Assembly (NCBI RefSeq): GCF_018977255.1
Contig: NW_024704742.1
Span: 110,982,001 to 111,046,000, forward strand
Direction of reading: 5' to 3'
Source: Callorhinchus milii
Taxonomy: Eukaryota
Length of the DNA: 64,000 nt
Shown: positions 36,480 to 49,965 of the stretch, one piece after another
How the letters are laid out: each line of letters begins with the position of its first letter
Position numbering within the stretch: the first letter of the stretch is position 1
Position numbers and translations under genes: made by a program
Notes under the pieces: model-generated
Database searches by the model: none
Seen by the model: the letters and a program-made list of their open reading frames with translations, nothing else
Told to the model about the DNA's origin: nothing

Positions 36480-37720
36480 TATAAGTTGATCTTTGAAGGT
36501 GGCAGATAGATACAGCTGTTAAAACAGCATATGGGATACTAGGGTTTATACAACAACAACAACAAGATTCCATTTATAGAGCGCCTTTCACGTCGGGAGG
36601 ACGTCCCAAGGCGCTGGACAGTTGGGTCAGGACCCGAGCAGGGGGGAAATGGTCAGGGTGAGGGGAGGGAAGGGAGGGAGCGAGGAGGGGGTAGAGAGTC
36701 GAGAGGGGAGCTGAAGGCACGGTCAAAGAGAAAGGTAGGAGGGAGCAAGGCCGTGAATGGCTTTGTAGGTGAGGGTGAGGATCCCCCCTCTGGGGGATGG
36801 GGAGCCAGTGGATGTGAGCGAGGGTGGGAGTGATGTGGTCGCGAACAGTGCGGGACAGTACACGAGCTGCAGAGTTCTGAATGACCTGCAGCTTGTGGAT
36901 GGAGGTGCCAGGAAGGCCGGCGAGGAGAGAGTTCCCGTAGTCCAGCCTGGAGGTAATAAAGGAGTGGACCAGAGTTTCAGCAGCGTGAGGGGTGAGGTAA
37001 TGCCGTAGTCTGGCGATGTTTCGGAGGTGATGGAAGGCAGTGCCAGTTGTGGCGCGGATATGAGGGAGAAAGGACAGCTCAGGGTCGAACAGAACAGAAT
37101 TATAAATAGGGGCATAGAATACAAAAGTCAGGAAGTTATGATGAACTTTTATAAAACACTGGTTAGGCCTCAGCGAGAGTACTGTGTTCAGTTCTGGGCA
37201 CCACACTTTAGGAAGGATATCAAGGCATTGGAGAGAGTGCACAGGAGATTTACCAGGATGGTACCAGGACTTCAGTTATCAGGAGAGGATAGAGAAGCTA
37301 GGATTATTCTCCTCGGAGCAGAGAAGGCTAAGAGGAGACTTATTAGAAGTTTTCAAAATTATGAGGGGATTCGATAGGGTGAATAAGGAGAAACTATTTC
37401 CACTGGTGGGTGGGTCGGTAACCCGAGGACAGCAATTTAAAACAGTTGTTAAAAGAAACAGAGGGGAGGTGAGGAGAAATTTTTTCACACAGCTAGTTGT
37501 TCGGATCTGGAATGCATTGCCTGAAAGGGTGATGGAAGCTGATTTGATAACAACTTTTAAGAGAGAAATGGATAATTATTTGGGGAGGACAAGTTTGCAG
37601 GGCTTTGGGGGAGAGCGTGGGGGAGTGGGATTGATTTGGATAGCTCTTTTCAAAGAGCTGGCACAGACACGTTGGGCCGAATGGCCTCCTTCTGTGCTGT
37701 ATAATTCTATGATTCTACGA
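36480..37720 (+). mobile_element. CR1 3' fragment split by an L2 insertion
   Basis: ...GCATATGGGATACTAGGGTTTATA resumes as [42 protein letters not shown]; tail ATTCTATGATTCTA. Confidence 0.87.
36551..37099 (-). mobile_element. Young L2 3' fragment with internal deletion, nested in CR1
   Basis: [11 protein letters not shown]...[12 protein letters not shown]; ~200 bp missing relative to 37906-38357; TTATA duplicated at 36546-36550 and 37100-37104. Confidence 0.88.
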
Positions 37721-37905
37721 CGTGACATTTAAGACTCAAACAAGTGTATTTCTGTCTGGGGATAATTATTACATCGCACAACAGATCCCTCCCCCCACCC
37801 CCCTCCCCAAGAATAGTATATACAGAAACAATGCCAACCTTGCAGTGCTCCACAACAACAGATAAGAGCAGAGAATTCCACATTATAACCACCCTCCCTC
37901 CGCAC

Positions 37906-38357
37906 AAACAACAACAACAACAACATCAAGATTCCATTTATTGAGCGCCTTTCACATCGGGAGGACGTCCCAAGGCGCTGTACAGTTGGGTCAGGACCCG
38001 AGCAGGGGGGAAATGGTCAGGGTGAGGGGAGGGAAGGGAAGGAGCGAGGAGGGGGTAGAGAGTCGAGAGGGGAGCTGAAGGCACGGTCAAAGAGAAAGGT
38101 CTTGAGACCGGCCTTGAAGGAGGAAAGGGAGGAAGCAAGGCGAAGGCACTGGGGGATAGAGTTCCAGAGCCTAGGGGCTGAAAGGCTGAAGGCCCGGCCA
38201 CCGATGGTAGGGCGGTTGGGGCGGGGGATGTGGAGCAGACCGGAGCCAGAGGAACGGAGGGTACAGGCAGGTAGGTAGGGGGATAGTAGGTCGGAGAGGT
38301 AGGAGGGAGCAAGGCCGTGACTGGCCTTGTAGGTGAGGATGACGATCTTGAATTCGA
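37906..38357 (-). mobile_element. Young L2 3' fragment
   Basis: Near-identical to the other young L2 copies; (CAA)n at the left end. Confidence 0.88.
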
Positions 38358-39334
38358 GAGAATTCGAATTTGAAAGAATATCCCTTCCAAACTCCCCCTT
38401 TAAATTTTATTAAGATTATCTTAAATGTTTGTTTTCTCTTCACTGACTCGCCAATGATTAGACAACAGTGTTCAACAAATCTTTTGTGTAGGTTAGAAAA
38501 ACCAATGATCTTCTCCAACCTGAAATTGCTACTATGTTATTATGTAACACTGTTATTAATAAAACATACTGATGGGTGATGTTTAATTTAAGTTATTATA
38601 ACCTTATAACTTACACACTCACGCTCCTACATACAGTATCAGTTTATCAGTATCAGTATACTACATATAGTAAGTATACAGTATAGAGTGGCATTTCCCA
38701 TGTTACTGGGTTGCCAATCATAGGGAGAACTTTTGATCAAGCATTCACTTGATAAATCAGGTTGCCAAGTACTGTCCTTGATTATTTTAAGAGTTCCAAC
38801 AAGTGCTATATCAAGCTTTGTTCAACAACGGAATCTGTTCTCAGTCTGACCTGATGAAAATAGGCTGTCCCTTTCTGGAATGAGGACACATTATAGTCTG
38901 TTTTCACATAGTCCAGGCAGATACTTTCAATACACTATTAGGAAGCTTTCCAATTTCTGAGGTGGCATCTTTCGGATGAATCTTTAACTGAGGACTTGTC
39001 TGCCTGTTTCAGGTAGATGTCAAAGATCCTATGACGCTATTTGTAAAGAAAAAGTAGTTTTTCCTGGTGTCAAGGGTAACAATCTATCAAATGAATTGGT
39101 CATTCACCTCATGGACTGTTTGTGGGACATTGCTGTATGCAAATTGCTGCAATGTTTGTTTACAAAATCAGTCAATATGCTTAACCATAATCACATATGA
39201 GTTATATGTGATTCTGATGTCCTAAATCACTATCAAAATGTACATTTGTCCTTTTAACAACTCTACCGATATTCTTTTGGGGAATAATCATGGCTGCCAT
39301 CCGAGCCTTTGCGCATGACGCTGATACCATTTAG

Positions 39335-40020
39335 TGATTCATAGAATCCTAGAATATTACAGTACAGAAGGAGTCCATTTGGCCAGTCGTGCCTGTGCCG
39401 GCTCTTTGGGAGAGCTACCCAATCAGTCCTAATTCCCCGCTTTTCCCCCATATCCTAGCAAAATTTTCCATTTCAATTATCTATCTAATTCCCCCTTGAA
39501 AGTTGGTATTGAATCGGTTTCCATCACCCTTTCAGGCGTGGATTCCAGACCATTAACAACTCTCTGTAAAAATATGCCTCCTCACCTCCCCTCTGGTTCT
39601 TTTGCCAATGATCTTAAATACCCACCTGCCATTGGAAACAGTTTCTGCCTATCTACTCTATCAAAACCTCTCATAATTTTGAACATTTCTATTAGATCTC
39701 CCCTAAACTTCTCTGCTCTTAGGAGAAACAATCCCAGCTTCTTTAGTCTCTCCACATAACTGAAGTCCCTAATCCCTGGTACCATCCCAATAACATAACA
39801 TGTAGGAGCAGGAGTAGGCCATTCGGCCCTTCGAGCCTGCCCCGCCATTCAATCACGGCTGATCTTCTAATCTAACTCCAGCTAATAACCTGACCCTGCC
39901 TTATCCCCATATCCCTTAATCCCTTTTGCAATAAGAAATCTATCCCTTTTGCAATATGAAATCTCCTCTGCACCCTCTCCAAGGCCTTGATATTCTTCCT
40001 AAAGTGTGGTGCCCAGTGTG
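39335..40020 (-). mobile_element. CR1 3' fragment with a second CR1 3' end nested at ~39790-39957
   Basis: WAPHFRKNIKALERVQRRF | MVPGIRDFSYVERLKKLGLF is interrupted by a different CR1 UTR and tail (AACATAACATGTAGGAGCAGGAGTAGGCC). Confidence 0.8.
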
Positions 40021-40939
40021 ATTGTGTCATCTTGTGATCTCTCTCCAGAATTGTAGTGTTTATTATATGAATTTTCCCTCCAATTAGGGGAAGCACTCAT
40101 ACATGGTACAATATTATACTTTATTAGAACATCCCCAAGTAACAATTCTTGTGTGATCCTAGACAGTAACATCCTGTGATGACCTTTGAGGCATTTTGAA
40201 ATGATAAAAATGCTATATGGGTCCTTCTTTGCAACACTGAGCACATCTTGTGTTACCAAGTTCCACCTTCCCCACTTGTACCTCTAGTCTCACACACATT
40301 CTTTTGCGATGTCTATGCTGGAGATTGTGAAACATGCCTGCCCACATGACAGTGATTGAAGACAAATGAGTAATGTTAAATTCTATTCATGAAAAGGCAT
40401 CCATTTTTAAAAACAATTTTCGAGTTGGGTTTTGTGGCAAGTTCCTGATAGGGAGCTGCCTCAACACGGTTGTTAGTTACACTATAAAAGCATGCTGCCT
40501 CATGTAAATCACCTCATTATTACCAAATGCAATAAGCATTCAAGCCAGACCAGTTTGATCTAGAATTTGGGGATGAGCTATTGCATTTTTCTGCTGGTAG
40601 CAGTAAAATTAATTCTAGAAACCCAAATTCTCTGAGCTTAAGAGTGGAAGTGACACAATGAAGTTGAAGATGCAGTATTTGCAACAGTGTTTGAAAAGAA
40701 AACGTAAATATTGAATCCTGCCAGAAACTGCAACACACCAACCCACTGGAACATCGCATCAATGCAATCTCCTTCTAGGTGTGACACAGCAGTTCTCCTG
40801 CAGATCTGCCTGAATGCGACCGGTTTCAATATCTACAAATCATATTGTGGACACTTGAATTTTTGACACCGATATTCATTGTGGGAAGGACTTTTAACTT
40901 GAAATATTGCCCTTTATTTGTTGTCCCGTGTGTGTCAAT

Positions 40940-41350
40940 CTAGCTCAGTTGGTAGTACTGTCGCTTCTCAGTCAGACGTTTGTGGATTCAAGCCTCATGT
41001 TGGGACTTGGAATTGATAGTCTTAGCTGACCTCCAATGCAGTGCTGGGTAGAGCAGCATTGTTGGAGGTGCCGTCCTTTGGATGAGGTGTGAAACCGAGA
41101 TCCCAACTCCCTGTTCAGGTGGACATTAATGGTACTAATTGAAAAGAGAAGGGAGTTTCTCCTGGTGTCCGAGCCAACAATCTCTTTAATAAAATTTATC
41201 ATCATGGCTGTGGTTGTGGGACATTGATTCGTACAAATTGGCTGCTGCTTTCACCTATAAAAAAAATCACTCCACTTTATAATGTTCCTGTGAAGTGCTT
41301 TAGGACATCCTCCCAATGTGACAGGAGCTATAATAAATGTAAGGATTGTT
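40940..41350 (+). mobile_element. Old tRNA-headed Deu-SINE (SacSINE1/AmnSINE-like), near full length
   Basis: TAGCTCAGTTGGTAGTACT head; GGAGGTGCCGTCCTTTGGATGAG...CCTGTTCAGGTGGAC...GGGAGTTTCTCCTGGTGTCC body; Deu core; L2-like tail. Confidence 0.72.
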
Positions 41351-41496
41351 AACATTTGCTTTTTTAAAAAAACAGCCTTTATGATGAGATTGGGTGAATA
41401 TTTCACATTTCCGGTGTGAGTTAACACACAGTATAATGTGTTTGGGGTAATTTTGTAATTGATTAAAAGAAAGACATTAGCTCTTTAGTCAGTATT

Positions 41497-42010
41497 AACA
41501 ACAACAATTTGCTTATTTATAATGCCCTTCACATTGGATAACATCTCAGAGTGCATCACAAATAGAGGGTCAGATGCCAAACAAGGGAGAAGAATGAAGG
41601 GGAGGTGAAGAAGTACTTTTTTAGGGCTGATTTAAAGACAGATAGAGGGTGAGCAAGATGTACAACAACAAATTGCACTCATATAGCACCTTTCATATTA
41701 GGAGGACATCCCAAAGTGCTGGACAGTCAAGGGATTGAACCCAAGCTGGGGATTGGATTAAGGAGGCTGGGGACAAGGTGGGGGATGGGAAGATGACCAA
41801 AGGCACGCTCAAAGATAGGGATACAGGAAAGGGGAAGGTCACAGAGATAGGGAGGTGCGAGGGCATAAACAACAACAACAAAATTACATTTGTATAAAGG
41901 GAATTAAAGGTAAGGGAGTACGTTAAAGTTGATCCTTTGGAACAGTGGAGCACAAGTGGAGCCTGGTGAGGCCTGGGATGATGGGCATGCAGGTTTTGGT
42001 ACAAGTGAGG
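41497..42010 (-). mobile_element. Cluster of decayed L2 3' ends
   Basis: Three (CAA)n-led L2 tails at ~41497, ~41661 and ~41868, within purine-rich L2-like sequence. Confidence 0.6.
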
Positions 42011-43432
42011 ATGCAGATGGTAGAGTTTATACTACAATAAAAGTTTACACATGCCGACTGCACTCAGTAATTGTACCTAATCAACATATTTAATGGTACC
42101 AATCATGTACATTGTACTCATTGCACTTAAGGCAGGCATAGCCAGTCTGACAATAAGGTTAACCTTTTGTAAATACAATTTACTTTGAACTGGCTTGCTA
42201 TTTTTACATAAATCAGAAATCTAGGATCAAAGACAAATAATAATAACTATAATGATAATGAACTTTTCATTTGATATAATGTCTTATCACTTTGACAAGA
42301 TTGTATATATGTAATGATAGTAACCATTCAAGACTAGGTCCTGGCAGTTTATTCTTTCCAGGGAGGACAGACAGAAACATGGTGTCCCGCATCTAATTGT
42401 AAACAGGGTCCCACTGATGGGAATGATCGGGAAACAATTATTTTGTTCCCTAGCGCATTTCATATAATCTGAATTCCCTCAACTAAAATATTACTTTTTG
42501 TAATGGTTGGTTTAAAAGAAGAAAAACTCAGGAAATCTTGCTGAAACAGCTCATGTTAAGGGTAAAAGTTAATGTTTTGTGCTGGGTTAAGCAACTGCTG
42601 CAGGGTAAAAGAGCCATTTGTTTTTAATCACCTCTTTCTGTTTTCATGCACCTTGAGGGTCAGTATGGTGTTCATGAACACTGGCCAAGGCATCAAAGAC
42701 ACTTATCTCACGTACCTGATGTGTGTGAGCAAAACCAGATAAGCAGCTCAAATTTGAAGTCAAGTTCTCGAAATAGGTCACACATTTCTCTTACGCACAG
42801 GAGATGATTTACAGTTGAAACCAATTCCTGTCAACGCATTTTCCCAATATCTTTGTGGATTATGTGCAGAAACACCATAACTTAGAAGAGCTCATTTAAA
42901 GGGATGCTTTCTTCATGTAAACAATTTTTGCTTTGTTTAAAAATACGCTTGAATGATGGCTCACTGGGTACGACTCTCATCTCTGGGTTAAATTACAAAT
43001 ATTTGAGATCAACTAATTTGACCAAGCTCAAGTCCAATGAAATACTAAGGGGTGTTGCATGGTCAGAGACATTGTTTTCCAATGAAACATTCAGCGTGAT
43101 GATACGGAGCCCATGGAACTATTTAGCAGGAAAGCAAGGATGTTGTATAGTTCCCTGGCACACGTTACTCCTTCACCCAGATGGTTTACTCTATTCACTG
43201 CTGTTTGCGAAACATTGTTTTCACAGATTAACTGCTGTTTTTGCTTACATAGCAACAACCACTTCACTTCAAAGTAACTCAATGTATGAAGCATTTTGGA
43301 AAATTTTGACATGATAAAGACAATATATGCCACGCCAATATAAACAGAATCTGTCCTCTTTAGAAAGGAAAGACTTTGATGTGACCTAATTGAAATTTTC
43401 AAGTTTATGAGTCAACTAAGAAAGTTGATCCA

Positions 43433-44139
43433 CAACACCTTGCACTTATATAGCTCTCTCCACATCTCAGAGCTCTTAACAGTGGTGGAGCCTGACTATG
43501 AGCGGGTTGGGGGCTGGCGGGGAAGCACGGTTGAAGAGGAAAGTTTTCAGGGAGGACTTGAAAGAGGGGAGAGAGGGGACAAGGCAGAGGGATTGAGAGA
43601 GAGTGTTCCAGAGTTTTGGGGCGTAGTGGCTGACCTCCGAAGGTGGGGTGGAGGGAACTAGGGACGAGCAGGAGGCCGGTGCCAGTCAAGTGGTGGCGCC
43701 AGGTGGTGGATTGGGGAGTGAGGAGGTCGGAGAGGTAGGGAGGTGCCAGGGAGTGATTGGATTTGAACACGAGTGTGAGGATCTTGAAGTCGATCTGTTC
43801 GGTGATTGGGAGCCAGTGAAGCCTGGCCAGAACTTGTGAGATGGGGGTACGGAGTTTGTTCTGAGAAAGTGTGTGGGCAGCAGAGTTCTGAATGAGCTGA
43901 ATCTTTTGAATAGTGGAGCTGTGGAGAACAGCAAGGAGTGCATTTGAGTAATCCAGGCAGGAGGTGACAAATGCATGCATGAGGGTTTCGGCTGCATTTG
44001 GGGTAAGATATGGACAGAGGCGGGCAATGTAGCAGAGGTGGAAGAAGGTGGTCCTGGCCATGGACCAGATGTAGGGGAGCAAGGACAGCTGTGGGTCAAA
44101 CCAGATGCCTAGATTGCACACTGGTTAGTTTGGTGAGTC
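43433..44139 (-). mobile_element. L2 3' fragment nested in an old CR1
   Basis: NLGIWFDPQLS...AAETLMHAFVTSCLDYSNALL...LHWLPITEQIDFKIL; TGATCCA duplicated at 43426-43432 and 44140-44146; CR1 remnants at ~43345-43432 and ~44140-44320. Confidence 0.85.
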
Positions 44140-44467
44140 TGATCCAAACGATTGTTTCCTGTAGTGAACGATACAAACGTTGGAAATTGAATAGTAAAGA
44201 AGGAAGTCAGGAAGAACATTTTGCACAGAGGATAATACATTTATGGAATGGTTAATTTGAGTCGGTCACTGAAGTGAACAGGGTAAGTAGGTTGTAGAGG
44301 CAACTAGATGAGTTCTGAACAGGGTTTGGGGTTTCACCTACAACTAGCCACTGCAATTTACAGTAATTCCTGTGAAGTGCTTTGTGATGTTGCAACAACA
44401 TGATAAGACACTTTATCAAATGCCAGGATTATATATATATACATGTGTACTATTAATTCCCTTGTTT

Positions 44468-44821
44468 GTGGAGTCCTGTAGCTCAGTGATTGGAGCAGTT
44501 GCCTCACAAGCCTGGATTTGATTCCTGGCAGAGCGAAATGTTGGGCAAGTTTCCTTATTCCACACGCCTCTGCTTACCAAGTAGTAAGTAGGAACCCGGT
44601 TGTTAGTCGATTGGCATATCGGTTTTCCGGGAGTAATAATTCCTTCAAAAATGATAATAATAAATTGGTCAACTTCAATCCATTACTGTTTGTGGGATAC
44701 TGCTGTGCATGTTTCGCCCACAAAATATACAGTCAATTCACTTTACAGTATATTCTGTGAAGCGCTTTGAGACGTCTCGAAGATATAAGGCGCTATATCA
44801 AATGCAAGAATTATTATTATT
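44468..44821 (+). mobile_element. tRNA-Ala SINE, long form
   Basis: Same head and tail plus a 65-bp segment (44569-44633) that is absent from the short form. Confidence 0.85.
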
Positions 44822-45970
44822 GTAATTATATTGCTATGACTACTTTCAGAATAGAATTCTGTGTGGGTGGGGAGAGGGTGGAGGGCAGGTGGCAGGGGAG
44901 TTAAGGTAGTCTGGCTCAGTTGGTAGCACCGTCACCTCTGAGTCGGAAGGGTGCAGCTTCAAGCCACATGCTGGTACTTTGAACTAACATAAACAGGATG
45001 ATAGTCCAATACACTGGACTCAATGAAAATGTAGCTTGATGCTGTGATGGGAGGACAGAGTCTGAATTGGGTTGCAACCTGCTGAGCGGAGTTGCCACCT
45101 CCAAGATGCAAAGAAGCAGACCACTGCACCATAGCCACACCCACCAACACCCTAGACTGTGGCTAATTATTTTACCAGTATTTTTAATGCTATTTTCATT
45201 TTTTCTTACCTTAATCCTGTGCTTCCACCACTCAGTTGGCTTTGGTGTTCCTCTTCATTGGTTCCCAGTTTCTGATTCCGTTTTTTAACATATCTTTAAC
45301 ATATATTCTTTAAAAACTGTTTACACTACTTGTGCTTGAACTTGATCCCATGCAGTTTTTCTTTTTCATTTGAAGATAAATGTTTTCAAACTGCGTACAG
45401 CATAATGCTTCTTAAATCTACTTTTTGAATTTGTATTTGCTGTTTGATTTTGTTCGTGCTGGCAAGTTTTTATTTTTAATGGCTGCACCTTTCTGACATA
45501 TTTCCTTGAGCATTACAGTACAAAATGTAACAACTATAGGAGGGAACTTGGGGCTATTCGAATAGACAAGGAAGTTTTACATGTAAAGAAAAAGGGGAAT
45601 TTCTATGTTGTTTTCACGTGTTGTGACCAAAAGTTTCAATCAAGTGAGGTGCTTCATGGTTCATTCACATTTACAGTATCTCCCGACGTGCAAGGTGTTT
45701 TATCAAGTGCAAGGATTATTATTATAAATGATATCTAATTAGATTCCTTATCTAGGGACACACAACCAGATCCACATGTTTATGTATACACATGTATACG
45801 CACACTGAATATGAGGTGACTGTGTAAAGTCATGCCTCTTGTTTCATTGTGTTTAATTGTGTGCTCAATCAGCACCATATAATGTAAACCAAATAATGCT
45901 TTCTGAACACTAAAATAGACACCTCATTATTTCCTCATATTGTTTCTATGGAATTGTCTTGCACAAACTG

Positions 45971-45987
45971 TTTATTGATAATTTATT
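45971..45987 (-). promoter_or_regulatory. Candidate ADGRV1 polyadenylation signals (two AATAAA)
   Basis: tttatt at 45971-45976 and 45982-45987 reads AATAAA on the minus strand, ~290-300 nt after the stop, in AT-rich repeat-free sequence. Confidence 0.5.
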
Positions 45988-46276
45988 TTCATTGTCTACC
46001 TCTAATGTCTACAGAAAATTATACATCCAGTTAGTCACAGTGAGTTAAATTGAGTTCTCTTTTAACTATGTAAAAAAAATTCTGTAAATGCATTTTAAAT
46101 AGATTTGATCAAAAGCTACTATAATGATCAGTTCAACATTACAAAAATGTCACCATACAAACATCAAAAAGTTTAACACTGTTCTACATTTAAATGTATC
46201 AATTTTAGTGCAAAAGGAGTACATCTGAAAAGTATAAAAATATGGACAAATTTGATTTAAAAAGCGCATCAGGTTG

Positions 46277-46395
46277 TTAGAGGTGAGTGTCTGCTATTGG
46301 TATTCTCCGGAGCTCTACGATCTGTGAATTAGCAATGCTTCCACCGTCTTGGCTTCCATGGCATGATTCATTGTCACTGACGTTGAGGGCTGCCC
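46277..46395 (-). CDS. ADGRV1: ADGRV1 last coding exon including TAA stop, 119 bp (not in the ORF track)
   Basis: (G)[38 protein letters not shown]. Acceptor attacag|GG completes the phase-1 Gly codon; ends in the class I PDZ-binding motif DTHL. Confidence 0.97.
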
Positions 46396-47400
46396 CTGTA
46401 ATATACAGATAATCTCAGCTATAATTTGCAAGAAAATCAAATTGCTCTATCAACCAGTACCTAATCCTCCCATTTATTGTACAGCGATTCAGAACAGAAG
46501 ACTGTATTCATACTATCAACCCCTCAACTAATAGGCTGGCATTACAGCACCTGTGTCAATGTTGACTGCTGATGTGAGACATCCCCCATGGTTCGCCCAC
46601 AAGATACACAGTCAATTCACTTTCTAGTATATTCTGTGAATCATTTTGAGATGTATCGAAGACGTGATAAGGCTCTATATCAAATGCAAGGATTATTATT
46701 ATTATTATTATTATTATCATCATATTTAAGCTTATTGCTGATTGTAGCTGTAACAAACAACCCTGACACATCTCCTTGAAGACTTATACTTAAAGAAGCA
46801 CTGACTGCAGGCAAGATATTTATAAAAATATTTAGCAAACTTTCTTTGCTTTGGGAAGATAGCAGAATGACACTACTTGCAAGCAGATGCCAATACATTT
46901 CAAGATGACCGTTGTAACTCCTGTTCGCAAATTAATGAAAAAAGGTTTGCCAACTAGTTGTCACAAAAATAATAATTCTAATGTGCATACAATTAGTCAC
47001 AACAAAACATATGGATTTAGTTTGATCCAAGGTCATATTTATCAAAATATTTTTTCCGCATTTTCACAGTTAATATTAAAGGAACTTCTATCAGGAAGAA
47101 TGTGACAAGCTCAGCCTGATTTATGTTCAATAGAAAATGGATAATAAATGCTTCAATAACTTAAATGCTTCAACATACATGCATGCCATGCACCCAGCTA
47201 TATCTACAGGTTACTTAAATCATTTGTATCTAAATATTAATTATTTTCTATCAACAGCTTACAGCCACAGACATTTTTTGTAGGTCTTTATTAATTATTG
47301 TGTCATTCTCCTTTGGTGCACTCTTCCCTGGACTATGTATAACCGCCAAATTTGCTGCACTGTAAGTAGGGTCTTGGCGGTGCATGAGAGTTTTGCCCCA

Positions 47401-47960
47401 TAATAATAATAATAATCCTTGCATTTGATATAGCGCTTTTCACGTCGGGAGGACCCATGGATATTTGGTGGGGCGGATGGATCGGGGACATGGAGCAGGC
47501 CGGAGCCGGCTGAGCGGAGGGAGCGGGCGGGTTGGTAGGGGTTTAGGAGGTCGCAGAGGTAGGGAGGGACAAGACCATGGAGGGCTTTGTAGGTGAGGAC
47601 CTTAAACTGGATCCTCTGAAGGATAGGGAGCCATTGGAATCGGGTGAGAATCTGCAGCCTGTAGAGGGAGGAGTTGGGAAGGCCAACAAGCAGGGTGTTT
47701 GCATAGTCGAGCTTGGAGGTGATGAAGGCATGAACAAGAGTTTCAGCGGCCTGAGGGCTGAGGTAGTGGTGAAGTTGGACGATGTTACGGAGACATAAAA
47801 ATAAAAATCCTTGTATTTGATATAACACCTTAACCTGTCTTTGAGACGTCTCAAAGCGCTTCACAGAATATACTGTAAAATGAATTGACTGTATATTATG
47901 TGGGTGAAACGTGGCAGCCAATTGCGCACAGCAGTGTCTCGCAAAAAGTCGTGGATTGAA
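47401..47960 (-). mobile_element. Stack of a SINE tail (47401-47454), an L2 ORF2 C-terminal fragment (~47465-47795) and a SINE 3' half (47796-47960), in the last ADGRV1 intron
   Basis: The 208-aa ORF here is a chimera of SINE-tail translations and L2 peptide ([21 protein letters not shown]). Confidence 0.75.
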
Positions 47961-48597
47961 GGCACGACATCTCAGTAAAATAAAGATTATTTGAGTTCAT
48001 TGTGTGCTGATAACCAACACTTTTCATCACCTGCTTATAATGAGAAATCTCATTACAAACAATTGTGTGTGTGGGGGGAGGAAGATAGCTAATCTGTGGT
48101 ATTTCTTAACGTAACTTCTTTATAAGAGATCAAAGATTTTGCAAATTGAGTCTTTATCCAGTAATTACAAGTGTATCACACTGACCATCAGAGCTCCATT
48201 CTGATCCTATTTTGAAGTTGAATTCCCTTGGATTGATGGGAATTATAATTGGGATTCCTTAATAAGAAACATCCTTCAACTAAAAGAACATGTCAACAGC
48301 ACCAGGAAGCCTGGAAGGATAGCAACTTCATGAAAAGAGATTTGGGAATATCTTTCTTTTGTGAGGGGGAAACAGCTGTGTGTGTTCTCAGGTGCAAGTA
48401 ACCCAAAAATGATGCACCTCAGTTTGAGTTATGATATAATGAGGAGTATTTTGAAAGAAAGGTTTGTCAAACATTTCTGCCTAAAGCTGATTCATCTTTA
48501 AATGAAACCTCATAAGATAGATATGTGATGAAATGCTTTTAGACTGCTTACTGTGTGATTTGACAGCAAACATTTAGTGAGATTATAAATCACTCAC

Positions 48598-48775
48598 CAG
48601 TTTTTAACGCAAATATTAAATCATCAAACTCCTGTGACTCCTCATCTGTCACCAAATTGCTGTTGTCATAGGCGCCTGCAGTGGCATAGGTGCTGGCATT
48701 TTGGGGGCCTTGCTTGAAGATACTGCTTGTTTGACTGATAGGTCTTAAAGAGGTGCGTTCCCAGTCTGCAGGAAT
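48598..48775 (-). CDS. ADGRV1: ADGRV1 penultimate coding exon, 178 bp (not in the ORF track)
   Basis: Hand translation: IPADWERTSLRPISQTSSIFKQGPQNASTYATAGAYDNSNLVTDEESQEFDDLIFALKT(G). Acceptor ttcttag|ATT, donor ACTG|gtgagt; phase 0/1. Confidence 0.96.
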
Positions 48776-49479
48776 CTAAGAATAGAAACAACTTATAATA
48801 ATTTAGAAATGGATTGGAAAGAATAGTATGAAAAGAACAAGGTTATTTTCATCTTCATTAAGATTCACATTCCGTTCCACGGGCACATATTCGTTTGGTT
48901 AACACATTCCCCTATATTCTTGGCACAGTTACAACAATATCATCCCTATCTTTGAGGCACTATTACAAGTTGAACATCTTTCAATCCAAGGAGAGCTTAA
49001 TAGAGTTTCTGAAGACATGTTTGTTATGACATCGAATTAAGTGATGTTCAGTTACTTCAAATGAAGGAAAAAACAGATATTTCCTCAACAAGACAATCAA
49101 ACACAGAGGCTGTAGTCCAACACACACACTGATCACTTACACTAATGGGAAATCCCATGTAAACATGTGGGGAGAAGAGAATTTCTCAATATGTTCCATA
49201 TTGATAGATCGTTCATCTAGAGGATAATAGTGGAAATTAAAGGATATAGCTATGAGGAGAGGTTATAGACGTTAGCAAATGTTGCAGCAGAGGAGGTTGG
49301 ATGATGATATGATACAGATGTTTAAGGTAATGAAAGGATTTAAGAGAATTAATCAAGAAAAAACATTTTTGCTGGTAGGGATTCGAGGACAAGAGTGCAC
49401 AAAATTCACAATTACACTCGGAAAGTAAAAGGAGAGGATCAGAGGAACTTCTCCCAGATTTTTCTTTGGTCAATCAGGT

Positions 49480-49965
49480 ATCGGTATCCATATCAGATAG
49501 AGTTCCACATATGTATGCTACCTACACATGGACATTTTCCTGTGGAATGGAATGTGTACTCTGTCACTGTGGGATGCACCCTGCTTACATAATTCTGGAG
49601 AGTATTATGTGCAGATTGACAAGAGGCTTTTGGACTTCAGAGTGTGTGTTAAGGGACCAGGGGAGTTTAACTAGCTTAAACTGCAGTTTGCCTTTCAGAG
49701 CGCCAACTGGGAAACTTCCCTCTGTTTGTCCAGCTAGGGCCTCCCTACCCATTAAGGCTTTGGCTTGCAGGATTAACTGGAGATGAGTGGGAAGAATCCC
49801 TGTTCCTAATGTGAGATTGCTCCTCCAAGTCCTGCCAATGAGACAGGCTGACTAGTCTGTCATCAGCAACGTGCGGGAGTACTTCATCCCCGCCTGGCTC
49901 ATGAACTGGAAACCGAACTCACAGGTCAGCTCCAAGGAGACCCTGCATGTGCTCTAATCCCACCC
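49480..49965 (-). repeat. Unclassified dispersed repeat (family X), longest copy, intronic
   Basis: Reverse complement matches the other copies over ~400 bp; possible decayed tRNA-like head at ~49900-49960. Confidence 0.7.

Noticed and set aside
43405..44121. Longest ORFs (238, 222, 208, 189 and 182 aa)
   Set aside because: All are L2 or CR1 ORF2 fragments or junction chimeras. None encodes a complete RT and no autonomous element is present.
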